Assembly (NCBI GenBank): GCA_023261845.1
Contig: JALNJZ010000005.1
Coordinates: forward strand, 1-64,000
DNA: 64,000 bases
Direction of reading: 5' to 3'
Source: Candidatus Terraquivivens tengchongensis
GTDB taxonomy: Archaea; Thermoproteota; Nitrososphaeria_A; Caldarchaeales; Wolframiiraptoraceae
Shown: piece by piece, positions 18,954 through 29,326 of the stretch
Position numbering within the stretch: the stretch's first letter is position 1
Layout of the letters: each line of letters opens with the position of its first letter
Notes under the pieces: model-generated
What the model was told of the DNA's origin: nothing
Seen by the model: only the letters and a program-made list of their open reading frames with translations
Database searches by the model: none
Position numbers and translations under genes: made by a program

Positions 18954-20885
18954 GTGAAAAGTGTTTTGGGCGAATTTCCTGGATACAACGGAAAAATTTT
19001 ACGCGTAAACCTGAGCGAAGAAAAAATAACTGTTCAAGACCTGACTCCTGAAATGGCTAAGATGTGGATCGGCGGAGTTGGTTTGGCAGCCAAGATAATC
19101 TACGATGAAGTTCCTACTAATGTCGACCCCTTCAGTCCAGAAAACGTCTTCGTATTCGCTACCGGTCCGTATCAAGCCACTACCATACCTGGAAGTGGAA
19201 GGTTTGCTGTATGTGCAAAATCTCCACTAACCGGCATATGGGGCGAATCGACGGGTGGAGGTTATAATGCGCATGAGCTTAAGCGAGCAGGCTTCGATGC
19301 GATAGTCGTAATCGGAAAAGCAGAGAGACCTGTCTATCTCTGGGTTCATGATGGAAAGGCTGAGTTGCTGGATGCGTCGCATTTATGGGGCAAAGCAGAT
19401 GCGTTTGAAACAGAGACCCGCATCAAAAAGGAACTGGGAGATGAAAAGGTACAAGTAGCACCAATAGGACCTGGAGCTGAAAACCTCGTCCGTTACGCAG
19501 GGCTGATTTGTAACTACGGTCACGGTTGTGCTGGCAGGACGGGAATGGGTGCCGTCATGGGCTCTAAGAGGCTAAAGGCAATCGCCTTTCGCGGCACCAA
19601 AGAGGTAAAAGTCGCACATCCAGACCTCTTAAGGGAATACCTCAAGGAGCTACTGCCGATAATAAACAAAGCGGAATTCACAAAATTGAACAGAGATTAC
19701 GGTCAAGCGATGGCGATAATTCCTCGGGAAGAAAATGGTCTCTTGCCGATAAAGAACTTTGCGCAAAGTCGATGGAAGGAGGGTGCTATAAAGATAGGAG
19801 CTCCAGTTGGCGGGCCAGGAAAGTTTAACGAGGTCCTGAAGCCCAAGCCTGAACCCTGCTCATATTGTGTGATGGGATGTCATAGAAGGGTGACGGTCAC
19901 TTCTCCAGAGAAGTATGCTATGGATAGCTACGGGCCGGAATATGAAACTCTCGCCATGATAGGGTCTGATTGCTTGATAGATAACCTACTAGCTATAAAC
20001 AAGGCTAACGAGCTCTGCAACAGGTGGAGTATAGACACAATAGAGTTTGGTGGTGTTTGCGCTTTTGCTATGGAGGCTTTCGAGAAAGGCAAGATAACTA
20101 AAGAAGATCTTGGAGGGCTTGAACTTAGATGGGGAGATGGCGACGCTATGTTAGCCTTACTTGAGAAGATAGTTAAGAGGGAGGGAAGGGTTGCTTGGCT
20201 ACTGGGAGAGGGGCTGAAAGTTGCTGGAGACGCACTGGGTTGCCCTGAGATAGCGATGCATGTTAACGGTGCCGCAATTCCGGCTCATGACCCTAGGGCG
20301 TTCTTCTCCATGGCGGTCGAAACAGCAACATCTACGAGAGGTGCCTGTCATCTGCACGGATTCCCAGAGGCTATAGAGTTGGGCGTTCCATTCCCAGAGG
20401 CTGGGCCAGAGTTAAGCCAACCACTTGACAGGTTCGCGATAGATAAGAAAGGACTAGCTCAGGCCAAGTATCAAGACAGGCAGGCCGTAAACAACTCTCT
20501 TGTGTGGTGTTTCTTCTACGAATTCTCAGGTGTAGATTTCACTTGGACGACTAAATTGCTGAATGCTACGACTGGATGGGAATTAACTCCACAAGACCTG
20601 CTAAAGATTGGTGAACGTATCATAAACGTACAACGAATGTTTAACCTAAAACAAGGCCTAGTGCCAAGCAAGGATGACTGGCTCCCAAAGAGGTTCTTCG
20701 AGCCGCGCATGGAAGGAGGGGCTGCTGGCAAGGTTCCGCCTTTGAAGGTTATGCTAGAGGAGTACTACAAGGTCAAAGGTTGGCCTAATGGCATACCAAG
20801 CGAGAGCAAACTTAGGGAGTTGGGGCTAGACTTCTTAATAAACGACCTAGAAGTCATAAGGGAGTCAATAAAAGCTAAGCAATAA
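18954..20885 (+). CDS. Aldehyde:ferredoxin oxidoreductase family tungstoenzyme (paralog 1)
   Basis: KSPLTG, GRTGMGAVMGSK, CxxCxxxC, GPEYET, DTIE, DPR, RGACH; true start may be TTG 18966 after GAGGTGA. Confidence 0.93.
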   Translation: MKSVLGEFPGYNGKILRVNLSEEKITVQDLTPEMAKMWIGGVGLAAKIIYDEVPTNVDPFSPENVFVFATGPYQATTIPGSGRFAVCAKSPLTGIWGESTGGGYNAHELKRAGFDAIVVIGKAERPVYLWVHDGKAELLDASHLWGKADAFETETRIKKELGDEKVQVAPIGPGAENLVRYAGLICNYGHGCAGRTGMGAVMGSKRLKAIAFRGTKEVKVAHPDLLREYLKELLPIINKAEFTKLNRDYGQAMAIIPREENGLLPIKNFAQSRWKEGAIKIGAPVGGPGKFNEVLKPKPEPCSYCVMGCHRRVTVTSPEKYAMDSYGPEYETLAMIGSDCLIDNLLAINKANELCNRWSIDTIEFGGVCAFAMEAFEKGKITKEDLGGLELRWGDGDAMLALLEKIVKREGRVAWLLGEGLKVAGDALGCPEIAMHVNGAAIPAHDPRAFFSMAVETATSTRGACHLHGFPEAIELGVPFPEAGPELSQPLDRFAIDKKGLAQAKYQDRQAVNNSLVWCFFYEFSGVDFTWTTKLLNATTGWELTPQDLLKIGERIINVQRMFNLKQGLVPSKDDWLPKRFFEPRMEGGAAGKVPPLKVMLEEYYKVKGWPNGIPSESKLRELGLDFLINDLEVIRESIKAKQ

Positions 20886-20909
20886 AATTCAATGAAAATA
20901 TTTTTATTT

Positions 20910-21200
20910 TTAATATTTGCCACCTACTATGGCAGGCACTATAGCCACTTCGTCACCATCTTTTAGCTCCGTTTTTAGTCCATTAAAGTCGCGCACGTTC
21001 TTTCCGTTGACCAGCACCTTCACATAAGGGAGAAGTTCTGCATCGTTAAGCAAAATCCGATCCTTAAGTCCGTCTCCGTATTTTTTTATTAGTGCCTTCA
21101 GTAAAGCGCTAAGGTCGCAGCCATCTTCAAGTAAGACTTCTATTTGGCCCGTACCTATGAATTCCCTTACTGGTCCGAAAACCTTCACAGTTATCTTCAT
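20910..21200 (-). CDS. MoaD/SAMP ubiquitin-like protein with GG-KY C-terminus
   Basis: Beta-grasp pattern VKVFG..., VLVNG, LKDGDEVAIVPAIVGG followed by KY. Confidence 0.88.
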   Translation of the reverse strand: MKITVKVFGPVREFIGTGQIEVLLEDGCDLSALLKALIKKYGDGLKDRILLNDAELLPYVKVLVNGKNVRDFNGLKTELKDGDEVAIVPAIVGGKY

Positions 21201-21364
21201 TCCTTTTCAACCTTTGCATTAAATCAAATTATTAAGTTTTAAACAACACAGCTTGAGCCCTATATACTACAAAACGATGGTTGTTTCAAAACGCACAATA
21301 TTATGAGGAATATTTCACAAAAAATTCATAAACTTTAAAGATTTACTTCATAAATGAGGTAAGC

Positions 21365-23221
21365 ATGGTAAAAGCAGGAGGCTATGCCAACAGGCTCGCT
21401 TGGGTTGACTTAGAGAACAAGAAAGTCGAATATCAGGAGCTTGATGAGGATATAGCAAGGAAATACATAGGCGGCAGGGGACTGGGCGTAAAGCTCGTTT
21501 ATGACAAGGTCAAGCCTGGCACGGACCCCTTCTCGCCTGATAACATATTAGTCATAGCCGTAGGACCCTTAACAGGCACTCTAACACCAATGAGTGGAAG
21601 GATTTGCTCTATTACGAAGTCACCATTAACGGATGGGGTTACAGATAGTCATGCAGGCGGCTGGGCAGGGGCTGCTCTAAAGTGGGCAGGTTTTGATGCG
21701 GTTATACTCCAGAACAAGAGCGACAAACCAGTTTATCTCGTAGCGAAAGACGGAAGCATAACATTTGAAGACGCATCACAGTTATGGGGCAAGGACCTAT
21801 TTACGACGACGCACATGTTAAGGGATAAGTATGGAGATGCACGTGAGCTGACAAAGTTAGGACCTACAGGTGTTCAAGTATACGCAATAGGTCCGGCTGG
21901 TGAGAATCTATGTAGGGAGGCCTGCATAGGCCACGATGCCGGCAGGTTTAGCGGGAGAGGTGGAACGGGTGCTGTCATGGGTTCGAAGAAAGTTAAAGCC
22001 CTCGTAATAATCGGCGATGAAAAGAAAATGCCAAAGCCTGCAAACCCGGAGAAGTTTGAGGAAGCTAGAAAGACTGCGTTAAAGCATATAATGGAAAGCC
22101 CTGTAACATCGCCAGGAAAGGGAGGCTTGTCTGTCTATGGTACAAGCGTACTGGTTAATACGGTAAATGAGCTTGGAGCGTTCCCGACTAGGAACGCAAA
22201 ACAAGTCCAGTTCGAGTTTGCTTACTTTATAAGCGGTGAGAATCAAAGAGGCACTATACTAAAGGAGACACCGACTTGTCACGGATGTCCAGTACATTGT
22301 AAGAGGTTGACAGAGGTTACTGATGGTAAGTATAAGTTCAAGAGCGAAGGTGTCGAGTATGAGACATGCTGGTCGCTTGGTGCGATGGTAGGTGTTGGTC
22401 ATATAGAGGGCGTTGCATACCTCAACTATCTTGCAAACTACTACGGTCTCGACACAATCAGCTTGGGTGTAACGCTAGCTACTGCATGTGAGGCTACAGA
22501 AAAAGGCTACATACCTGAGGCTGAGGGCGTCAGGTTTGGCGACGTCGACAGGTTGGCTGAGTTCATAAGGAAGATAGCGCTCAGGGAGGGAATAGGCAAC
22601 CTATTTGCTGAAGGAGGATATAGAGCAGCCCAGGCATTAGGAGATGTAGACATTTCTATGACAGTAAAGAAGCAGGGCATACCGGCTTATGACCCAAGGG
22701 GTCTAAGGGGATTCATACTCGGTTATGCAACTTCTAACAGAGGTGCTTGCCATCTAAGGAGTTACACGCCGGCATCTGAGATACTCGGCATACCCTATAA
22801 GACTGACCCGCTTGCCTTGGAGGGTAAGGTCGACCTTACTATAATGCTCCAGAACCTATTCGCCTTTATAGACTCATTGGACATTTGCAAGTTCTCCTCC
22901 TTCGCTTATACCGTAGAAGATTATGCAGCCCTAACCGCCGGCATGACTGGCTGGGACGTAACGCCCGAGGAGGTCATGAAAACGGGAGAGAGAATCTGGA
23001 ACTTGGAGAGGTATTATAACCAGCTAAATGGCTTTGACAGAAAGGACGATATGCTACCGAAGAGACTTGTCGTCGAACCTGCAACCTCAGGACCGGCTAA
23101 GGGTTGGAGGCTTACTTGGGAGACCTTCAACAAGCTTCTGGACGAATATTACGAGAAGAGAGGCTGGACGAAGGACGGAAAGGTACCAGAAAAGAAACTG
23201 CGAGAGCTGGGCATAATTTAA
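21365..23221 (+). CDS. aor: Aldehyde:ferredoxin oxidoreductase (paralog 2)
   Basis: YIGGRG, KSPLT, GRGGTGAVMGSK, CHGCPVHC, EYET, DTIS, YDPRG, RGACH. Confidence 0.93.
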   Translation: MVKAGGYANRLAWVDLENKKVEYQELDEDIARKYIGGRGLGVKLVYDKVKPGTDPFSPDNILVIAVGPLTGTLTPMSGRICSITKSPLTDGVTDSHAGGWAGAALKWAGFDAVILQNKSDKPVYLVAKDGSITFEDASQLWGKDLFTTTHMLRDKYGDARELTKLGPTGVQVYAIGPAGENLCREACIGHDAGRFSGRGGTGAVMGSKKVKALVIIGDEKKMPKPANPEKFEEARKTALKHIMESPVTSPGKGGLSVYGTSVLVNTVNELGAFPTRNAKQVQFEFAYFISGENQRGTILKETPTCHGCPVHCKRLTEVTDGKYKFKSEGVEYETCWSLGAMVGVGHIEGVAYLNYLANYYGLDTISLGVTLATACEATEKGYIPEAEGVRFGDVDRLAEFIRKIALREGIGNLFAEGGYRAAQALGDVDISMTVKKQGIPAYDPRGLRGFILGYATSNRGACHLRSYTPASEILGIPYKTDPLALEGKVDLTIMLQNLFAFIDSLDICKFSSFAYTVEDYAALTAGMTGWDVTPEEVMKTGERIWNLERYYNQLNGFDRKDDMLPKRLVVEPATSGPAKGWRLTWETFNKLLDEYYEKRGWTKDGKVPEKKLRELGII

Positions 23222-23255
23222 AGACCCAGCTCAACTTCCATATTTTTTGTATAAA

Positions 23256-23540
23256 CTAACCACCAGCTACAGGTGGAATTATTGCGACTTCGTCACCATC
23301 TTTCAGTATCGTTCCCATACCACTAAGATATTCTATGTCCCTTCCATTAATTAGCACCTTCACATAAGGTGCAAGTTTCTCTTCACTTACTAAGATCTGA
23401 TTTCGCAAACCCTCCCCAAATTTTTTTGTTAAAGTTTTCAGCAACGTTCGGACGTCACTTCCATCTTCGAGTAAAACTTCCACATAACCAGTACCTAATA
23501 ACTCCCTTATGGTTGCAAAAGCCCTTACAATTATTCTCAT
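23256..23540 (-). CDS. MoaD/SAMP1-like ubiquitin-like sulfur carrier
   Basis: FATIRE, VLING, LKDGDEVAIIPPVAGG with free C-terminal GG. Confidence 0.9.
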   Translation of the reverse strand: MRIIVRAFATIRELLGTGYVEVLLEDGSDVRTLLKTLTKKFGEGLRNQILVSEEKLAPYVKVLINGRDIEYLSGMGTILKDGDEVAIIPPVAGG

Positions 23541-23592
23541 CTTTTCTCTCTATAGTATTATTTGAAGGCGTAATTTTTAAGCGTTATGTGAT

Positions 23593-25548
23593 TCATCCAT
23601 ACACTTTCTGCCCTGTTTCTGGAAGCGGAGCATAGCCTCTTAAAGACAGAATATTTGAGCGAAAAGCCTCACTAGAAAGTGTTTCTAGAAACCTCTGTAC
23701 CGTTGCCTTTTTTAGTCTATCCTTCCTTACAGCAAAGTCGAAGATTTCCTCACCCAACGGTATGAAATCTAACCCGTAAATGTCGGCGACGTATTCTATT
23801 GCAACACCTACGTCTGCCCTGCCCTGTGCGATAGCTGACGCCACTGCCGTGTGTGTCTTCGCTTCGTAGGTGTAGCCCTTTATGGTATCCTCGGGTTTAG
23901 TTATACCCACTTCTCTGAGCAACTTATCTATGAGTGCCCTAGCGCCCGACCCCTTTAACCTGTTAACGAACACTACATCCTTCTTCGTCAAGTCCGCTAC
24001 TGAGCGTATGTTTTTGGGATTGTTTTTCTTAACAAGTAGCCCTACTTTACGTGCGTATCCTCTATATATTTCTACAATTCCTTCCAAACCCATCTTCTTG
24101 GGCATATGTACGTTATACTTGCCAGTCTCCTCATCGAGTAAGTGTGTACCGCAGATGTCTGCTTCACCTTTTTTTAATGCTCTCCAACCACCGAGTGAGC
24201 CGACATTTATGACCTTAGACATCGTCAGGCCTGAGGTCTGCAAGAGCACCTCTATTCCTGGACAGTGACTACCTATTATATTGAGCGGGGATGGTCTGAA
24301 TGAGGGGCTCAACAGTTTAACGTCAACGACCTCATACTCTTCAATGTACTGTTTCTCCTCAGGAATCTCAACAAACCCGTCTGCAATCGCAATGGCAGAT
24401 GTAGAGCCTGAACCTAAAACTATCGGATAAGCAACTAAACCTTCTTCTGTCTCGACTAGTTGGACGGGTATAAGCTCCTTGACACCCTTTCCGGCATCCA
24501 TCCTATAGGCCATTCTAGCCTTTACGAGTGTATACCTTTCACTATCTTCTATTCCACACATTTTTGAGATTAACGGTCTCACTACGTTCATAAACACCAT
24601 CATAGCAGATAACGGAAAGCCTGGAAGACCGACAAGAAGCTTTCCGCGACTAACTGCCATAACGGTTGGTTTGCCGGGTCTCAATTTGAGACCATGAATG
24701 ATAACAGCTCCGTGCTCCGCGAAGGCTTTGTATATCGCATCACCAAACCCAGCGGAAGTGCTTCCAGATGTGACTACGACGTCGTATTGCTGAAGCGCCC
24801 GTTCTATGCTTTGCTTTATCGTTTGGTAATCATCAGGCACTATTCCGAGGAAATCGACCTCCGTGCCCATCTCTTTTAGCATGGCTGTTATCGCGTAGCC
24901 GTTTACGTCGTATACTTTTCCTTGCGGCAAAGGTTGGCCCGGCTCAACAAGCTCGTTGCCGGTCGACAAGACCGCGATCTTTGGTTTACGATAAACTTTG
25001 ACCGATTTGTAACCCAATGCCGCAAGTACAGCAATGTCACTCGGTGAGATTACCCTGCCCTTTCTTATTACTATATCACCTGCCGTTATATCTGAGCCTG
25101 TTTGGGATACATTCTCGCCTGGAGCTACAGACTTATACACATAGAGTTTGTCATTTACCCGTTTTGTATACTCCACCATGACTACGGCGTTTGCACCCCT
25201 GGCCAGGGGAGCACCCGTCGCTGTCTCCACACAACGCCCACCGCCAGCTTCGGCCGTAGGTACGGAACCGACCTCAGCCTTTCCAGATACTGTTAAACAT
25301 ACAGGCTCTGACTCGTTAGCACCGTAAACATCTTTTGCGTCAACAGCATAACCGTCCACAGTAGACCTATCAAAGGGTGGCGAGTCTATTTTTGCGTAGA
25401 CATCTTCGGCAAGAACACGCCCGAAAGCTTCGAGTAGACCCACCTCTTCCGTGCCAAAAGGCCCTATATGTCCAAGACTTTCTCTGACAAGGTTTAAAGC
25501 GTCCTTGATCGAAACCATTTTATGAAATATTAACGCCATCATAATCAC
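23593..25548 (-). CDS. moeA: MoeA fused to a periplasmic-binding-protein-like domain (Mo/W insertase)
   Basis: PPFDRSTVDGYA, STGNEL, RPGKP, GLPGFP; C-terminal GSH, GSLGG, GTHL, THTAVA. Confidence 0.93.
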   Translation of the reverse strand: MIMMALIFHKMVSIKDALNLVRESLGHIGPFGTEEVGLLEAFGRVLAEDVYAKIDSPPFDRSTVDGYAVDAKDVYGANESEPVCLTVSGKAEVGSVPTAEAGGGRCVETATGAPLARGANAVVMVEYTKRVNDKLYVYKSVAPGENVSQTGSDITAGDIVIRKGRVISPSDIAVLAALGYKSVKVYRKPKIAVLSTGNELVEPGQPLPQGKVYDVNGYAITAMLKEMGTEVDFLGIVPDDYQTIKQSIERALQQYDVVVTSGSTSAGFGDAIYKAFAEHGAVIIHGLKLRPGKPTVMAVSRGKLLVGLPGFPLSAMMVFMNVVRPLISKMCGIEDSERYTLVKARMAYRMDAGKGVKELIPVQLVETEEGLVAYPIVLGSGSTSAIAIADGFVEIPEEKQYIEEYEVVDVKLLSPSFRPSPLNIIGSHCPGIEVLLQTSGLTMSKVINVGSLGGWRALKKGEADICGTHLLDEETGKYNVHMPKKMGLEGIVEIYRGYARKVGLLVKKNNPKNIRSVADLTKKDVVFVNRLKGSGARALIDKLLREVGITKPEDTIKGYTYEAKTHTAVASAIAQGRADVGVAIEYVADIYGLDFIPLGEEIFDFAVRKDRLKKATVQRFLETLSSEAFRSNILSLRGYAPLPETGQKVYG

Positions 25549-26819
25549 CCTGAGGCAGTATCTATCGGCTGGAATAGCTCGACCTCGACCTCTTCACCTT
25601 CATCATAACCCTCGAGCTCTTCTGGTATGACCAACATACCGTTAGCCTTTGTAAGCGTTGAAATAAGCCCCGAGCCTGTAAGCATAAACGGCTCGACATA
25701 ATAACTATCGCCATTTCTTATGACTCTTACCCTAACAAAGGACCTTACACCGTGCGGGTTAGCGACCCTTCTGGTCAGCCTCCCTCTTATTGTAATTTTG
25801 GGCTCCTCAGGTAACCCGAGCATCATATAGACTGCGGGTTTTATGAAGTTATGAAAGCCCACTAGCGCAGCCACAGGCAGACCAGAAAGTATGAAGACCG
25901 GCTTATTGTCGATTATGCCAAATCCAGTAGGTTTTGCTGGCCTCATCATTATACCATGGACCACGAGGCCCGGTTTGCCTAAAGAGTTAATTGCCTCAGG
26001 AACGAGGTCTAGCTCGCCTACGCTCGTACCACCAGTAATTATGACACCGTCGGCCATACTCAACCCTTTCTTTATGGATTCCTTTATTATCTCCAAGTCA
26101 TCAGGGACCGTTCCTAAGTCCAAGACTTCACAGCCAATTTCTTTTAGAAGACTCTTGAGCATAGGTTTTGAACTGTTCACTACATTACCTAACTTAAGCT
26201 CCGAGCCTACTTCGACTAGCTCGCTACCAGTGGACAGGATAGCCAGTCTTGGTTTGCGCAATACCTTTACTTTTGGAATGTTTAACGCGGCAAGTGCGCC
26301 GATGTGCCATGGCCTTATTCTCGTCCCCTTCTTAATCACTAAGTCGCCTTTTTTGTAATCCTCGCCTTTCTTTGACACGTTTTGGTATGGTGAGACAGGA
26401 TACAACACCTCGATAGAGCCATCTGATTTATTGACGTGTTCGACCATAACGACGGCGTTCGCACCTTCTGGTAAATATGCACCCGTGTATATCTCGACAG
26501 CCTCTCCTCTATTAACCCTCGGTATGTCTGATGGATTCATTCCTGCATGAGCTCTACCTATGAGCTTTAACTCAACAGGATTATTTGGGGATGAGCCAAA
26601 AGTGTCCTCTGCGACAACTGCATAACCATCAACGGCACTTCTGTCAAACTCAGGCAGATCAATAGGCGCAAGTACATCCTCAGCACATACCATATTCAAT
26701 GCATCCTCTAATGCAACATCGATCGTTTCGAGTATGCGGTATTTGATAACCTCGGCCAACTTTAGCCTGCTTTCTTTAAAGCTGACAAGTGTCGGGAAAC
26801 CTTCCATACGTTTGCGCAT
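25545..26819 (-). CDS. moeA: Molybdopterin molybdenum/tungsten transferase MoeA (short paralog)
   Basis: FDRSAVDGYA, TGAYLP, STGSEL, GGTSVG, RPAKP. Confidence 0.93.
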   Translation of the reverse strand: MRKRMEGFPTLVSFKESRLKLAEVIKYRILETIDVALEDALNMVCAEDVLAPIDLPEFDRSAVDGYAVVAEDTFGSSPNNPVELKLIGRAHAGMNPSDIPRVNRGEAVEIYTGAYLPEGANAVVMVEHVNKSDGSIEVLYPVSPYQNVSKKGEDYKKGDLVIKKGTRIRPWHIGALAALNIPKVKVLRKPRLAILSTGSELVEVGSELKLGNVVNSSKPMLKSLLKEIGCEVLDLGTVPDDLEIIKESIKKGLSMADGVIITGGTSVGELDLVPEAINSLGKPGLVVHGIMMRPAKPTGFGIIDNKPVFILSGLPVAALVGFHNFIKPAVYMMLGLPEEPKITIRGRLTRRVANPHGVRSFVRVRVIRNGDSYYVEPFMLTGSGLISTLTKANGMLVIPEELEGYDEGEEVEVELFQPIDTASG

Positions 26820-26909
26820 AATTTATCCAGTTGATTATGTTATGTACGAAAGATAAAACTTTTGTGATAGTATCATGTAGACTGCTTAACCCAAAATGCT
26901 TAAGCGTAT

Positions 26910-27242
26910 TTAAAGGATGAGCTTCCTGAAGAAACAGGTCCTGTTTCCAGTGTGGCATGCAACACCTTCCTGCTCAACTACGTAAATTAACGAGTCGTTA
27001 TCACAATCTACCAGAACTTCAAGAACTCTTTGCACGTTGCCGGACGTTTCTCCCTTCATCCATATCTTATTTCTTGATCTGCTAAAGTAATGCGCATAAC
27101 CAGATGCGAGTGTCTTCTCGACCGCTTCCTTATTAGCATAAGCAAGCATCAACACCTCACCCGTCCTCCTCTCGTAGGCTACTACGGGAATAAGTCCTCC
27201 GGATTTGTCAAAATCCAACTCATCGATTCTTACATACTTCAT
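26910..27242 (-). CDS. hisI: Phosphoribosyl-AMP cyclohydrolase (monofunctional)
   Basis: [26 protein letters not shown]. Confidence 0.95.
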   Translation of the reverse strand: MKYVRIDELDFDKSGGLIPVVAYERRTGEVLMLAYANKEAVEKTLASGYAHYFSRSRNKIWMKGETSGNVQRVLEVLVDCDNDSLIYVVEQEGVACHTGNRTCFFRKLIL

Positions 27243-28003
27243 AGCCTTACATGCACTCCCTTATCCTTAAGATACCTCTTTACAACAGGAATCGGGTATT
27301 CATCATAGTGGAATATAGAGGCCGCGAGGGCGGCGTCGGCACCAGCCTCGAATGCTTCAAGAAAATGTTCAAGTTTACCGCATCCGCCGCTTGCAATAAC
27401 TGGTATTAAGACGCTGCTCGATATTGCACGTATCAGCGCAAGGTCGTAACCATCTTTTGTGCCGTCCATATCAATTGATGTCAGCAAAATCTCGCCAGCC
27501 CCCAGCTCCTCTACTCTTTTTGCCCATTCTATTGCATCAATACCAGTAGGTTTTCTACCACCATACGTATAAACCTCAAAACGCAAACCATCTTTAGTAT
27601 AAACCCTTTTGGCATCTATAGCTACAACGACGCATTGGCTACCATAAATGTCTGATAACGTCCTAACAAACTCCGGGTTCTCTACAGCAGCTGTGTTCAC
27701 GGCAACCCTATCACCGCCATTAGATAATATGTCGTGCGCGTCTTCAACTGTCCTTATGCCACCACCTACAGTAAACGGTATATCAAGCACTTTAGCAACA
27801 CTTCTAACCACATCTAACAATATCCTTCTTTTTTCAACAGACGCCGTTATATCCAATAAGACAAGCTCATCCGCTCCCTCATTCCTATACTTAAGGGCGA
27901 GCTCTACAGGGTCCCCTACGTCCTTGAGCTCCACGAACCTCCTGCCCTTTAGCACCCTTCCATGGTCCATGTCAAGGCACGGTATTATTCGTTTTGCTAA
28001 CAT
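27239..28003 (-). CDS. hisF: Imidazole glycerol phosphate synthase cyclase subunit
   Basis: [28 protein letters not shown]. Confidence 0.96.
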   Translation of the reverse strand: MLAKRIIPCLDMDHGRVLKGRRFVELKDVGDPVELALKYRNEGADELVLLDITASVEKRRILLDVVRSVAKVLDIPFTVGGGIRTVEDAHDILSNGGDRVAVNTAAVENPEFVRTLSDIYGSQCVVVAIDAKRVYTKDGLRFEVYTYGGRKPTGIDAIEWAKRVEELGAGEILLTSIDMDGTKDGYDLALIRAISSSVLIPVIASGGCGKLEHFLEAFEAGADAALAASIFHYDEYPIPVVKRYLKDKGVHVRL

Positions 28004-28004
28004 G

Positions 28005-28733
28005 CTAAAGCCTCCTTACTGCGGAAAGTAAATCTTCTATGTTAATCGTTCCTTCATATATGGCCCTTCCGAGTATTACACCCCTGACGCCCAGCCTACC
28101 GAGAGTAACTACGTCGTCAACGGAAGAGATACCACCGGCAGCATAGACCAAAGCGCCTTTTACATTCACCGCCTCCATTATTGTTTTTACACTCGGACCT
28201 AACAACGTTCCATCCCTTTCGACGTCCGTCAATAGGAACGACCTAATACCTTTATCCATCAACAAAAGTATCGCATCGATCGCTTTAGTACCCGTATCGC
28301 TTCTCCAACCCTCAACGACGACGTTATTGTCCTTAAAATCTAAAGCGACAACGAACCTTTCTGGTCCAAACTTTTCTAACATCTTGTCAAAGATTTCTGG
28401 TTTTTTGAAAACTACTGTTCCAACCACAAACTTGTTAACACCTATGCCTGCATAATTGTGCAACACTTCAATGCTACGTATCCCACCGCCAACCTGTACT
28501 GGTAAGTTAACACTTTCAACTATTTTTTTAATGTGATCAAAGTTGTTGCCTCTGTCAAATGCAGCATCAAGGTCGACTATATGTATACCATCAAACCCTA
28601 GCCGTTCCCACTTTCGTGCCGTAGAGACTGGATCATCGCTGTAAACTATGACGTGATTCGGATCACCTCTGATAAGTCGAACCACCTTACCTGAAATTAT
28701 GTCAACGGATGCCCATATCTCCATAGCTCTCAC
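28005..28733 (-). CDS. hisA: ProFAR isomerase
   Basis: GKVVRL, HIVDLD, QVGGGIR, TDVERDG. Confidence 0.93.
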   Translation of the reverse strand: MRAMEIWASVDIISGKVVRLIRGDPNHVIVYSDDPVSTARKWERLGFDGIHIVDLDAAFDRGNNFDHIKKIVESVNLPVQVGGGIRSIEVLHNYAGIGVNKFVVGTVVFKKPEIFDKMLEKFGPERFVVALDFKDNNVVVEGWRSDTGTKAIDAILLLMDKGIRSFLLTDVERDGTLLGPSVKTIMEAVNVKGALVYAAGGISSVDDVVTLGRLGVRGVILGRAIYEGTINIEDLLSAVRRL

Positions 28734-29326
28734 GCCCTACACATTTTAAGGAAGTTTTTCAATATAATAAAGCCATCAACTGAAGATTTCTCCGGATGGA
28801 ATTGTGTTCCTACAACATTTTCCTTCGCCACAATTGAAGGAAATCTTACACAATATTCCGTCTCTGCTACGATTACTGACTCATTTTTTGGTTGAGGATA
28901 GTATGAATGTATGAAATATGCCCAAAATTCCTCACGTAAACCGTCAACGATTTCGTGGTAAGATTTGATCTTCACAATATTCCAACCTATTTGCGGTGTC
29001 TTTATGTTTTTTGGGAACCTAACGATCTTGCCTTCTAAGAAGCCGAGCCCTTCCGCATTTCCTTCTTCGCTGAATTCGAAGAAAAGTTGCATGCCTAAGC
29101 AAATTCCTAGAATAGGCAGACCGGATTCTTTCAATTCCTTAAGCGTATGTTTTAACCCTTTGAGCGGTTTAGATGCTGCAGCAAAGTTGCCAACACCAGG
29201 CAATATTAAGGCATCTAACGGTGTTCTTATTTCAGACGTTATCTCCGGGTTAGCACCCACCCTAATTAGGCTATGCTTTATACTGTAGAGGTTTCCTACA
29301 CCGTAATCTAATATAACTATCCTCAA
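28730..29326 (-). CDS. hisH: Imidazole glycerol phosphate synthase glutaminase subunit
   Basis: DYGVGN, PGVG, GICLGMQ, QFHPEKS; TTG start. Confidence 0.95.
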   Translation of the reverse strand: MRIVILDYGVGNLYSIKHSLIRVGANPEITSEIRTPLDALILPGVGNFAAASKPLKGLKHTLKELKESGLPILGICLGMQLFFEFSEEGNAEGLGFLEGKIVRFPKNIKTPQIGWNIVKIKSYHEIVDGLREEFWAYFIHSYYPQPKNESVIVAETEYCVRFPSIVAKENVVGTQFHPEKSSVDGFIILKNFLKMCRA

